The notes: generated from the letters alone by a model not told the origin. Shown: positions 17,244-26,474, counted from the first letter of the stretch. The stretch is 64,000 bases of DNA from Nitrospira sp. LK70 (GCA_011090425.1 PHGD01000002.1:2643-66642); one strand, 5' to 3'. Translations and numbers: made by a program.

Positions 17244-19216
17244 GCACCACCTACAACAATGCGGTGGGTCCCCAAGTTCGAAACCCACACCCGAAACCAG
17301 GGGTGGTGATTCCCTTCTTGGCCTGTGCCTCGCTCGTCGTTGGATTGCAGTCGGCCACCCAATTCTTTGCCGCTACGTTCAACTATCAGGACGTATTAGG
17401 GGACCAATTCGGTGGACTGTATAAGCCCTGGGCGATTCTTGAATGGGCCTCCCGTTGGATGAGCGACTATCCGATGCAGCTCCGGCAGGCCGGAGGGTTC
17501 GGCATGATCGTGGCGGCGAGTGGATTGTTGTGTCTCGCCATCGTTCGTACGGTCCAGGCCTCACGGCCTCGACCCAATCCGTTCCTGCACGGCTCGGCAC
17601 GATGGGCCAATCGAGAGGATCTTGAAGCCGCCACGTTGCTGCCTCGCGCACGCACGGTCATGGATCGGGTGAAGGGCGCGCCGAACCATTTAAGCGATGG
17701 CGTGTATGTGGGGGGCTGGCTGGATACGAAGGGCACGCTGCACTACTTGCGCCACAGTGGACCGGAGCATGTGTTGACCTATGCGCCGACCCGATCCGGC
17801 AAAGGGGTCGGATTAGTCATTCCGACCCTGCTCTCTTGGCCGCACAGCGCCCTCGTGGCCGATCTGAAAGGGGAGTTGTGGGAGCTCACCGCCGGATGGC
17901 GACAGCACCACGCGAAGAATAAAGTCTTGCGATTCGAACCGGCTGCGGCGCAGGGCAGTGTGCGGTGGAATCCGCTGGATGAAGTGCGGCTAGGGACCGA
18001 ACACGAAGTGGCCGACGTCCAGAATCTGGCCACGATCCTCGTCGATCCCGACGGACGGGGACTGGAATCTCATTGGCAGAAGACGAGCCAAGCATTGCTG
18101 GTCGGCGTCATGTTGCACGCGCTGTACAAAGCCCGGCACAATGGCACGACGACATCCTTGCCTGCTGTGGATGCCATGCTCTCGGATCCTCATCGGCCGA
18201 TTGCGGAACTGTGGAAAGAGATGACGACCTACGGCCATGTGAACGGGCAGGTGCATCCGGTGGTGGGTGCCGCGGCCCGCGACATGCTGGATCGACCGGA
18301 GGAGGAAGCGGGGTCGGTCCTCTCATCCGCGAAATCCTACCTCGCCCTGTATCGCGATCCTCTCGTGGCTCATAATGTTAGTGCCTCGGAGTTTAGGATT
18401 CGGGATTTGATGCATCATACGAGCCCCGTGAGTCTGTACCTCGTCACCAAGCCGAATGATAAAGCCCGCTTGCGTCCATTGATTCGCGTGTTCGTGGCCA
18501 TGGCGCTGCGCTTGCTCACCGATACGATTGCCGTTCATCGAGAGGCCGTTCCTCCATCCGGGATCATGGGCCTGCTTGAGCGCCTCGGGATCCAATCCGC
18601 ATCTCCACAGCTCACGACGAAACCTCCTTATGCCCATCGGTTGCTTGGCATGCTGGATGAATTTCCGAGTCTCGGCAAACTCGAGATCTTTCAAGAATCC
18701 CTTGCGTTCATGGCGGGCTACGGGCTGAAGTTCTATCTCATCTGTCAGGACATCAACCAACTGCGGAGCCGTGAGACTGGGTACGGTGCTGATGAAGCCA
18801 TTAGTTCCAACTGCCACATCCAAAATGCCTTTCCGCCGAACCGCCTCGAAACCGCTGAACATCTGTCCCGTCTGACAGGACAGACGACCGTCATTCACGA
18901 AAAACTGACGGTGAGCCGACGCCGCATGAGCGCCATCCACACCCAGGAATCACGGACGCACCACGAGGTGCAACGTCCGCTGCTCACCCCCGATGAATGT
19001 CTCCGGATGCCGGGGCCGAAGAAAAACGCGCAGGGACAGATCATGGAAGCCGGGGACATGGTGATTTATGTGGCGGGCTGTCCGGCCATTTACGGCCGGC
19101 AGCCGCTCTTTTTTCAGGATCCTATCTTTGCGGCTCGGGCCGCGATTCCACCGCCAGCAGTCAGGGACACTCTACGTGAGCCACATATTCCACACGTCGT
19201 GAAGATCGAGCTATGA
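17240..19216 (+). CDS. traG: type IV coupling protein TraG (VirD4 family)
   Basis: Two N-terminal TM segments, Walker A APTRSGKGVGLVIPT, and LLGMLDEFPSLGKL. Confidence 0.92.
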   Translation: MSTTYNNAVGPQVRNPHPKPGVVIPFLACASLVVGLQSATQFFAATFNYQDVLGDQFGGLYKPWAILEWASRWMSDYPMQLRQAGGFGMIVAASGLLCLAIVRTVQASRPRPNPFLHGSARWANREDLEAATLLPRARTVMDRVKGAPNHLSDGVYVGGWLDTKGTLHYLRHSGPEHVLTYAPTRSGKGVGLVIPTLLSWPHSALVADLKGELWELTAGWRQHHAKNKVLRFEPAAAQGSVRWNPLDEVRLGTEHEVADVQNLATILVDPDGRGLESHWQKTSQALLVGVMLHALYKARHNGTTTSLPAVDAMLSDPHRPIAELWKEMTTYGHVNGQVHPVVGAAARDMLDRPEEEAGSVLSSAKSYLALYRDPLVAHNVSASEFRIRDLMHHTSPVSLYLVTKPNDKARLRPLIRVFVAMALRLLTDTIAVHREAVPPSGIMGLLERLGIQSASPQLTTKPPYAHRLLGMLDEFPSLGKLEIFQESLAFMAGYGLKFYLICQDINQLRSRETGYGADEAISSNCHIQNAFPPNRLETAEHLSRLTGQTTVIHEKLTVSRRRMSAIHTQESRTHHEVQRPLLTPDECLRMPGPKKNAQGQIMEAGDMVIYVAGCPAIYGRQPLFFQDPIFAARAAIPPPAVRDTLREPHIPHVVKIEL

Positions 19217-19752
19217 CGACAGGGTGGAGTCGCTTGCGACATCCGATCGTGATCCTGGGCTTCTGTCTCGCGGTCGGTCTTGCTCTGGCGCATCAAGCCG
19301 GTCTACGCCTCAACACCACGCGCAGCACTCCCCTCGGCCTCTATACGATGTCACACGATCCGATTGAGAAAGGGGCCTATGTGCTGTTCTGTCCACCGGA
19401 GCGTCCGGAGTTTGATCTGGCGAAGGAGCGGGGCTACATCGGGGCGGGGTACTGTCCCCGCGGATACGGGAACATGATGAAAAAGGTCTTGGCGTCCCAT
19501 CACGATGTTGTGAGCGTGACAGATAATGGTGTAAGGATTAACGGGACGCTCATTCCTAACAGTCAACCCATTGAGACAGATTCACTGGGACGGCCGCTGC
19601 CACGGTTCCGTGTCACAAATTATGTGCTCGCTTCATCGGAACTCTTGTTAATGTCAGACACCAACAATCGTTCCTTCGATGCTCGCTATTTTGGTCCCGT
19701 GCACCGGGATCACATCCAAAGCCTTATTCATCCTATCTGGACATGGGAGTGA
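19213..19752 (+). CDS. traF: conjugative signal-peptidase-like TraF
   Basis: 179 aa with an N-terminal TM segment. PLGLYTM...GAYVLFCPP...LLLMSDTNNRSFDARYFGPV matches the TraF/S26 pattern. Confidence 0.85.
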   Translation: MTTGWSRLRHPIVILGFCLAVGLALAHQAGLRLNTTRSTPLGLYTMSHDPIEKGAYVLFCPPERPEFDLAKERGYIGAGYCPRGYGNMMKKVLASHHDVVSVTDNGVRINGTLIPNSQPIETDSLGRPLPRFRVTNYVLASSELLLMSDTNNRSFDARYFGPVHRDHIQSLIHPIWTWE

Positions 19753-19864
19753 AGCCGGACGCCCCGGTGCGAAGGCCGATAACATCCGAGGACCGGTTAG
19801 CGTCCACTCCGCACCGTGATCCACACACAGACGGGGAAGCATCGAGGCGCGCTCAGTCTCCATC

Positions 19865-19893
19865 TTGACATGCGCCACGTGGCGCATTACAGT
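19865..19893 (+). promoter_or_regulatory. candidate higBA-2 promoter with operator palindrome in the spacer
   Basis: TTGACA (19865-19870), a 17-nt spacer containing the perfect 16-bp palindrome TGCGCCACGTGGCGCA (19871-19886), then TACAGT (19888-19893). The GTG start follows 5 nt later. Confidence 0.5.
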
Positions 19894-19898
19894 TCTGA

Positions 19899-20175
19899 GT
19901 GATTCACAGTTTTCGCCACAAGGGACTGCAACGGCTGTTTGACGACGACGATGCGTGGGGAGTAAACCCGGAGCATATCGGCAAGCTCAAGAACATTCTG
20001 GCTTCGTTAGATGCGGCGCCGACCATCGAACATATGAACATGCCAAGTTTTCGGCTGCACCCCTTGAAAGGCGCGTACAAAGGATTGTGGGCCGTCACCG
20101 TGCGGGTCAATTGGGCGGGTGATGTTCCGTTTCGACAACGGCGCACACGACGTGGACTATCTCGATTATCACTGA
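19899..20175 (+). pseudogene. higB: HigB-like toxin disrupted by a +1 frameshift
   Basis: The N-terminus VIHSFRHKGLQRLFDDD parallels HigB-1. After ...VRVNW the conserved C-terminus RVMFRFDNGAHDVDYLDYH* is readable only in the +1 frame, because of an extra nucleotide in TGGGCGGG near 20113-20116. Confidence 0.6.
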
Positions 20176-20189
20176 AGGGAGACTAAATC

Positions 20190-20471
20190 ATGAGCATGAA
20201 AAACCCGCCTCATCCTGGCCTGGTCGTCTTGCAGGAGTGCATTGAACCACTCGGCTTGAGCATCACCGATGCCGCGACCGCCCTGGGTGTGACGCGCAAC
20301 ACTCTGTCAGAACTGGTGAACGGCAAGCGGGGGATTTCGCCAGAAATGGCCGTCCGGCTGGCCAAGGCGTTTGGCGGCACCGAAGACGGGTGGCTCGTGC
20401 AACAAGCACACTATGAACTAGCGCAGGTCCGACGCGATCAGATCAAAGTCCGACGCCTGCACGTCGCGTGA
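20190..20471 (+). CDS. higA: HigA-family antitoxin (XRE HTH)
   Basis: [58 protein letters not shown]. The ORF is intact. Confidence 0.85.
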   Translation: MSMKNPPHPGLVVLQECIEPLGLSITDAATALGVTRNTLSELVNGKRGISPEMAVRLAKAFGGTEDGWLVQQAHYELAQVRRDQIKVRRLHVA

Positions 20472-20520
20472 AGGTCTTCACCTCGCGATCCCTGAACATA
20501 GGAACTTCCAGGTACGCTGT

Positions 20521-20625
20521 TCACATCGCCATCCCCTCAACCTCATCGAGCGACATCTGATCGGTGCGAGCGGCGGTCATGATGGCGCAGCTTCATCGCC
20601 CCCCGTTCTTTCACGTGATCGGCCA
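20521..20625 (-). pseudogene. short degenerate remnant of a tyrosine-recombinase 3' end
   Basis: The reverse strand encodes ...TDQMSLDEVEGMAM*, parallel to ...TDQVSLDEVERIVI* of the intact gene at 38514. About 45 nt align clearly, and the similarity is patchy beyond that. Confidence 0.3.
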
Positions 20626-20680
20626 ACATCGATGTATCTGACAAGCCCGCTCTGGACGCGTGTTTCGATTCTTTCCTTCC

Positions 20681-21007
20681 TTACGACACATGCAACGCCG
20701 CCGCGTAGGTCTTGGCGCGGTGGGGGCGCACAACAATGTCCACATCGTGATCGAGCCTGACGAGAAAGCGGAGCAGCCGCTCCATCGAAAACTGGCGGAA
20801 TGCGCCGCGCAGCATCTTCGAGATGTCCGGCTGCCGCACACCAAACAATGCGGCCGCCTCTCGTTGGGTCAAGCGGCGTTGTTTCAAGATCGTGTCGATC
20901 TTGTAAGCCAGTTGCGCTTTGATCACATGCTCGTCCGCATTCGGCACGCCAAGGTCCTCAAAGACATGGCGTCCCCCCACTTCGTATCCTTTCTTTCTCA
21001 TGACCAT
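20681..21007 (-). CDS. XRE-family HTH antitoxin
   Basis: 108 aa: MVMRKKGYEV...LTQREAAALFGVRQPDISKMLRGAFRQFSMERLLRFL. Its start overlaps the extended frame of the upstream toxin. Confidence 0.7.
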   Translation of the reverse strand: MVMRKKGYEVGGRHVFEDLGVPNADEHVIKAQLAYKIDTILKQRRLTQREAAALFGVRQPDISKMLRGAFRQFSMERLLRFLVRLDHDVDIVVRPHRAKTYAAALHVS

Positions 21008-21351
21008 GCTCCTTGTGGGATCTGCTCCGCGACGCGAAGTCGTTGTGGGCTCACTTCTATCTCGTGCTTCGGCGTCGCCCGACCGGACGTGGATTTCTTC
21101 TAAAAGACATGCAGCACATACACCGTGCCCCGATACCGCACCGCATAGGGCACGGAATGTGTCGCCACGATGGTCCGCGATGTTTCCACTACCCCGGCAC
21201 TGCCAAACCCGGCCAAGGTCTTGGTCTCGCGATGCCTCCCCTTGTTGCGCGACGTACAGCGCGTATCCTGCGTGGCAGCGGGAAACGCGCGGAGGTCCTT
21301 GCGGCTCGATCCGACCCAAACCACTGCCCTCAGAGGTGGGTCCATCGGCAT
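20998..21351 (-). pseudogene. Gp49/RelE-like toxin with an in-frame TAG
   Basis: VVWVGSSRKDLRAFP...VRYRGTVYVLHVF, then TAG (21100-21102), then in the same frame KKSTSGRATPKHEIEVSPQRLRVAEQ. The family normally reads ...LH.FqKK..kTP, so a CAG to TAG change is likely. Confidence 0.55.
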
Positions 21352-21356
21352 TCCTC

Positions 21357-21378
21357 AATATAGTGATATCACTATATT
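21357..21378. promoter_or_regulatory. perfect 22-bp palindrome AATATAGTGATATCACTATATT (candidate operator)
   Basis: Read directly. Lies immediately upstream of the GAGGA RBS and ATG of the Gp49-like toxin/XRE operon on the minus strand. Confidence 0.55.
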
Positions 21379-21517
21379 CTTCCAAGGAGAAGGCCGGGAT
21401 AACGGAATATTCGGTCACATGAGCAGATCTCTTCGGGTAATGGGTTGGAAGCTGCCATGGGGCACCAAGGGAGTTCGGCGTAGCTGTTACTGTAATTCGA
21501 ATACCACGCATTTCTTC

Positions 21518-21546
21518 TTGACTGTAGTTACAAAAAGATCTACAGT
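21518..21546 (+). promoter_or_regulatory. candidate brnTA promoter
   Basis: TTGACT, a 17-nt spacer with inverted repeat ACTGTAG/CTACAGT, then TACAGT. The GTG start of brnT follows 5 nt later. Confidence 0.4.
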
Positions 21547-21551
21547 GATAT

Positions 21552-21815
21552 GTGCAGTTTGAATGGGATGAGCGTAAAGCCGCACAGAATATTGCCAAAC
21601 ACGGCGTCCCATTCGATTATGCCGCACGTGTCTTTCTTGACCCAGTCCGGCTCGACAGAAAGGACGCCCGGCACGACTACAACGAGGAACGGCGGCTGAC
21701 GCTCGGCAGGATTGAAGGACGGCTCTTTGTGGTGGCCTATACCGCGCGGGGCCACACGATCCGGTTGATTTCAGCACGGAAGGCCAACGAACGCGAACAG
21801 AGGGGATACCGATGA
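21552..21815 (+). CDS. brnT: BrnT-family ribonuclease toxin
   Basis: QFEWDERKAAQNIAKHGVPFDYAARVFLDP...IRLISARKANEREQRGY. Confidence 0.85.
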   Translation: MQFEWDERKAAQNIAKHGVPFDYAARVFLDPVRLDRKDARHDYNEERRLTLGRIEGRLFVVAYTARGHTIRLISARKANEREQRGYR

Positions 21816-22135
21816 CACGCTATCGACAGGACCCCAAAAAACTTCGGCGACTGACCCCGGCAGAGGCGCGACGGTTAGACCTGGCCCCTCTTGATTACTC
21901 GGACATTCCACCCCTCGGTGATGAATTCTTTACCAAGGCCACCGAAGCCTGGCCGCCGACGAAACAACAACTGACCATCCGTCTTGATGCCGATGTGCTG
22001 ACGTGGTTAAAGGCCTATGGGCGAGGCTACCAGACGCGCATCAACAGGATTTTGCGGGCCGCTATGGAGAGTCGCCCGCCGCGTCGCTCACGCACCCGCC
22101 GAAAATCTCATGCACGCACCGAACACGCGGCATGA
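21812..22135 (+). CDS. brnA: BrnA-family antitoxin
   Basis: Overlaps the brnT stop. Contains QQLTIRLDADVLTWLKAYGRGYQTRINRILRAAME. Confidence 0.8.
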   Translation: MTRYRQDPKKLRRLTPAEARRLDLAPLDYSDIPPLGDEFFTKATEAWPPTKQQLTIRLDADVLTWLKAYGRGYQTRINRILRAAMESRPPRRSRTRRKSHARTEHAA

Positions 22136-22159
22136 CGGCTGCTTCTTGGCACACCGAGC

Positions 22160-22318
22160 ATCAAATCACAATCCGTTCGACTTCATCCAACGACACTTGA
22201 TCGGACCGTCGATCATAGAGGCCCGTCGTTCGCGCACTTTCATGGCTCGCCATCTGCTGCGCAATTTCCAGCTTCCCGCCGTTCTTGAGATATTCCGTAA
22301 TGCCCGCGCGAGGCGCGA
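22160..22318 (-). pseudogene. about 160-nt fragment of a tyrosine-recombinase 3' end
   Basis: Aligns by eye at about 84% identity (about 124 of 148 positions) with 38514-38672, the 3' end of the intact integrase including its stop. The fragment would encode ...GITEYLKNGGKLEIAQQMASHESARTTGLYDRRSDQVSLDEVERIVI*. Confidence 0.65.
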
Positions 22319-22321
22319 AGT

Positions 22322-23695
22322 TGGGAGGACTTCACTCAGGTGCTCCATCAGCACGGGCTGTTGCTCGAAGCACGTGGACAAGGATTCGTGCTGACGGACG
22401 GGGCGGGGACGTTTGTCAAAGCCAGCTCCGTCGCGCGTGACCTGTCGAAGGTCTCGCCCGAACGCCGCCTTGGGCTTCGTGAGGCTTCGCACAGACCGCG
22501 TATGGCACAGCAGCCACGAGACGAATCCAGCCGACCATCGCAGGTGAAACCCATCAGGTCCCGTTATGAACCGAGACCGCTCCGTAGTCGGATGGATACC
22601 CGCGCTCTGTACGCTCGCTATCCACAGGATCGACTCACCCGCACCAAGCCCGGTCTCACGCCTTCCAGCAGGTGAGCACCAAGAAGACGCAGCAGATATC
22701 CGCCGCGAAACGGGTCTGGCGTCTCAAGCGCGGCACCATCAAACTGACGAAGGCCACGCGCCTGCACAAAACCGCCCTCTCTCTGCTGGCATCACAACGC
22801 TATTGTTCTAACATGCATGAGATCCGCTCGCAGTCTCGCCGAGAACGGGCGGCGCTCACCACGCGGTTTCGCCACCTCACCTGGGTGGATTGGCTCCGGC
22901 AGCAGGCGATGGCGGGCGATCAAGAGGCGCTTCGCGCGTTACGCGCCCGCGACTCCACGCACGGACTCCAAGGGGACACGCTCATGGCGTCTGGTCACCC
23001 CGTGCTCAAGGCCGCGGTCGGAGCCTATCAAGATTCCGTGACGAAACAGGGGACGATCATTTATCGCGTCGGGGCGTCCGCTGTCCGCGATGACGGGTCG
23101 AAATTACAGGTGCCGCGTGAAGTCACTGACGAGGGGGATTGTTGCAGCCCTCCGGCTCGCGATGGGCAAGTACGGGACCCACCTAGCCGTGAACGGCAGC
23201 GACTTCTTCAAGGATCGCGTCGCCCGTGCGGCCGCACACTCGACCTTCGCGGTGCGCTTCACAGATGCCACGGTGGAGGCTCGCCGCGAACGCTATGCCC
23301 AGGCGTTCAGCCAGCAGTCCGTTCAGGCCCCCTCACCGGTTCAACGCCCCGCATCAGCACAAGGTTGGCCACCATCTGACGCGCCGCGTGGGCGGCGCAC
23401 GGCGACCGACCGCGCCATTGACGCCTATCTTGCCGAGCGTAACAGGACACGAGAGAGGATCAGAGATATGCTCCCGCATCGCCGGTTCGAGGCGCGTGAT
23501 GTCGGACCGCACCCGTTCGCCGGGCTTCGGACGATCGACGGCATTGAATTAGCCCTGATCCATCACCATCATGACATCGTGGTGGTCGGCATCGATGCGA
23601 GAACCGCGCAGCGTCTCACACGCGTGAAAGTCGGGGAGTCCATTCAGGTTCGTGAGTCCGGCTCAATCAGGATTGGGAAAGGACGACGGCTATGA
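22322..23695 (+). pseudogene. traI: 5'-truncated, frameshifted second traI
   Basis: Homology to TraI-1 begins at its WPELHKVLCQHGLVIQPRGQG region, so the relaxase domain is absent. The remainder is split over three frames (ORFs 22340-22675, 22672-23379, 23090-23695). Confidence 0.8.
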
Positions 23696-25635
23696 GTACT
23701 GCCTATAACAATGCGATCGGTCCGCAAGTGCGTACTCCGCCACCGAAGCCAGGCCTCGTCATTCCTGTTCTGGCCGTGCTGTCCCTCGTCTTAGGCCTCC
23801 AATCGGCCACGCAATACTTTGCCTCCATCTTTCAGTACCAAGACATCTTAGGGACACACCTGAACCATCTCTATCCGCCCTGGGCGATCGTCGGGTGGGC
23901 ACAACAGTGGGCGAACGACTATCCGATGCAATTGAAGCAGGCTGGGGGATTGGGGATGGTAGTGGCGGCGAGTGGACTCCTCGGCCTGACGATCGTGCGC
24001 GTGGTGCAGGCCATGCGCCCGCGCCCGAATCCCTATCTGCATGGCTCGGCACGATGGGCCAACAAAACGGATCTTGAACAGGCCTCGTTGCTACCTCGAT
24101 CTAGAACCCTGTGGGATCGCATCCGTGGTGTTTCCACATCTGCCGATGATGGGGTTTACGTCGGAGGCTGGCTGGATCAGAAGGGACGGCTTCAATACCT
24201 CCGGCATAGTGGGCCGGAACATGTGTTGACCTTCGCGCCGACGCGCTCAGGCAAAGGCGTCGGCTTGGTGATCCCGACGCTCTTGTCCTGGCCCCACAGT
24301 GCACTGATTTCAGATCCGAAAGGAGAGTTGTGGGCACTCACGGCGGGGTGGCGGCAACAACATGCCCACAATAAAGTTCTGCGGTTTGAACCGGCGGCGA
24401 AAGAGGGCACGGTGCGCTGGAACCCGCTCGACGAGATCCGCATTGGGACGGACTACGAAGTGGGCGATGTGCAGAATCTCGCCACCATGATTGTCGACCC
24501 GGATGGACGCGGCTTGGAGACCCATTGGCAGAAGACGAGCCAAGCGCTCCTGGTCGGGGTGATGCTCCATGCGCTCTATCAGGCCCGCCACGACGGAACG
24601 ACGACCTCACTGCCTGCGGTGGACGCGATGCTGTCTGATCCGATCAAGAAGATTGACGACCTCTGGAAGGAGATGACCATGTATGGCCATGTGAACGGGC
24701 AGGTGCATCCCGTCGTGGGGGCCGCCGCACGCGACATGATGGACCGACCGGAGGAGGAAGCGGGCTCGGTGCTTTCGACCGCCAAATCCTACTTGGCCCT
24801 CTACCGGGATCCGGTGGTGGCCCACACTGTCAGTGCGTCGGAATTCAGGATCACGGATCTGATGCACCATGACCATCCGGTCAGCCTCTACATCGTGACT
24901 ACGCCGAATGATAAAATCCGACTGCGCCCGCTGGTCCGGGTGCTCCTCACGATGGCCGTGCGATTGCTCACGGACCACAACACTTTCGCTCGGCCGACAG
25001 CGCCCGCGTCTCCGGCACGGCCGCCACAGTACGCCCTCACTGCCTCGTATCAACATCGCTTGCTGGTCATGCTCGACGAGTTTCCCAGTCTCGGCAAGAT
25101 GGAGATTCTACAAGAATCGCTCGCGTTCATGGCTGGATACGGGCTGAAGTTCTATTTGATCTGTCAGGACATCACGCAGCTGAAGAGCCGGGACACCGGC
25201 TACGGCCATGATGAGTCCATTACCTCGAACTGCCATATTCAGAATGCGTTTCCACCCAATCGGATTGAAACCGCCGAACATCTGTCGCGCCTCACGGGGC
25301 AAACGACCGTCGTGACGGAACAACTCACGGTGAGCGGCAGGCGCACGACCGGCTGGCACGGCCATGAATCTCGAACCACGCACGAGGTGCAACGGCCCCT
25401 GCTCACGTCCGATGAATGTCTCCGCATGCCGGGGCCAAAAAAAGATCCACAGGGCCAGATCACGGAGCCGGGTGACATGGTGATGTACGTCGCGGGCTTT
25501 CCCGCGATCTACGGCCGTCAACCGCTCTATTTCCAAGACCCGACCTTTGCGGCTCGTGCCGCGATCGCGCCGCCGGTGAGAAGCGATACCTTGAGGGTTG
25601 CACAAGATCCGAACCCGGTCACGGTCCGGCTGTGA
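23692..25635 (+). CDS. traG: second type IV coupling protein TraG
   Basis: Intact 647-aa paralogue collinear with TraG-1, roughly 80% identical by eye. Carries the same Walker A APTRSGKGVGLVIPT. Confidence 0.9.
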   Translation: MSTAYNNAIGPQVRTPPPKPGLVIPVLAVLSLVLGLQSATQYFASIFQYQDILGTHLNHLYPPWAIVGWAQQWANDYPMQLKQAGGLGMVVAASGLLGLTIVRVVQAMRPRPNPYLHGSARWANKTDLEQASLLPRSRTLWDRIRGVSTSADDGVYVGGWLDQKGRLQYLRHSGPEHVLTFAPTRSGKGVGLVIPTLLSWPHSALISDPKGELWALTAGWRQQHAHNKVLRFEPAAKEGTVRWNPLDEIRIGTDYEVGDVQNLATMIVDPDGRGLETHWQKTSQALLVGVMLHALYQARHDGTTTSLPAVDAMLSDPIKKIDDLWKEMTMYGHVNGQVHPVVGAAARDMMDRPEEEAGSVLSTAKSYLALYRDPVVAHTVSASEFRITDLMHHDHPVSLYIVTTPNDKIRLRPLVRVLLTMAVRLLTDHNTFARPTAPASPARPPQYALTASYQHRLLVMLDEFPSLGKMEILQESLAFMAGYGLKFYLICQDITQLKSRDTGYGHDESITSNCHIQNAFPPNRIETAEHLSRLTGQTTVVTEQLTVSGRRTTGWHGHESRTTHEVQRPLLTSDECLRMPGPKKDPQGQITEPGDMVMYVAGFPAIYGRQPLYFQDPTFAARAAIAPPVRSDTLRVAQDPNPVTVRL

Positions 25636-26168
25636 CCGCTCGCCGCCCACGCGGGGTCGTCCCGGCGCTGAGTGTGTTTCTGTGTCTCACTCTCGGCGTC
25701 GTGCTGGCCCATCAGGCCGGGCTCCGTGTGAACACGACGCGCAGCATTCCACTCGGCCTCTATGTGCTGTCGAATGAGCCAATTGTGAAAGGGGCCTATG
25801 TGCTGTTCTGTCCACCGGAGCGCCCAGAGTTTAATTTGGCCAAGGAGCGCGGCTATATTGGAGCCGGATTCTGTCCCGGTGGATACGGGAAAATGATGAA
25901 GAAAGTCTTCGCGACGCATCACGATGTCGTGAGCGTGACGGATGAGGGAGTCGTGATTAACGGGACACTAATTCCAGCCAGTCAGCCCATCGGGGCGGAT
26001 TCGACGGGACGACCGCTCCCACTGTTTCGCGTCAGCAATCATGTGCTGGATTCAACAGAGTTATTGTTGATGTCGGACACCAACAGCCGTTCCTTTGATG
26101 CTCGCTACTTTGGTCCGGTGCACCGAGGCCACATTCAAAGTCTCATTTATCCTGTGTTGACATGGTAG
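25632..26168 (+). CDS. traF: second TraF signal-peptidase-like protein
   Basis: Intact 178-aa paralogue of TraF-1. Confidence 0.85.
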   Translation: MTARRPRGVVPALSVFLCLTLGVVLAHQAGLRVNTTRSIPLGLYVLSNEPIVKGAYVLFCPPERPEFNLAKERGYIGAGFCPGGYGKMMKKVFATHHDVVSVTDEGVVINGTLIPASQPIGADSTGRPLPLFRVSNHVLDSTELLLMSDTNSRSFDARYFGPVHRGHIQSLIYPVLTW

Positions 26169-26474
26169 TGAGGTAGGATGCCCCTGACGCGAAGGCCGAA
26201 GGCGTCTGAGGTCAGGTTAGCCGGGATGTGAGCGGTCACGTTGTCGAGGAGCAGGCGAACGTTCACGAGAGTGGTCGGTGCTGCCCGGCTGAAATGGTCG
26301 AGAAGCACTCAGGAGGGGAAGCTCCTGCAAAGCTGGACGAGCCTGTGTGTTATCGATTGAGGACCACGCCTGAAAAGTCGTGGAAAGCTATCACATGACC
26401 GATTTTCCTTGTTTTGTCTACGATTTCTATTCTGCCCGGTCTTCTCCTTCCCTGTAACAATTCGTCTAGCAACA

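Noticed and set aside
19764-19796. Weak hairpin after traF-1 (CCGGT...ACCGG), with a counterpart after traF-2, considered as terminators
   Set aside because: The stems are only 5-6 bp with 20-nt loops and no U-tract. I note them only as part of the conserved post-traF sequence.
20681-21598. 305-aa ORF on the minus strand
   Set aside because: Only its last 108 codons form a recognisable XRE antitoxin. The upstream part reads through the toxin gene in a different frame and across the operator and promoter region. I split it into an antitoxin (20681-21007) and a separate toxin frame.
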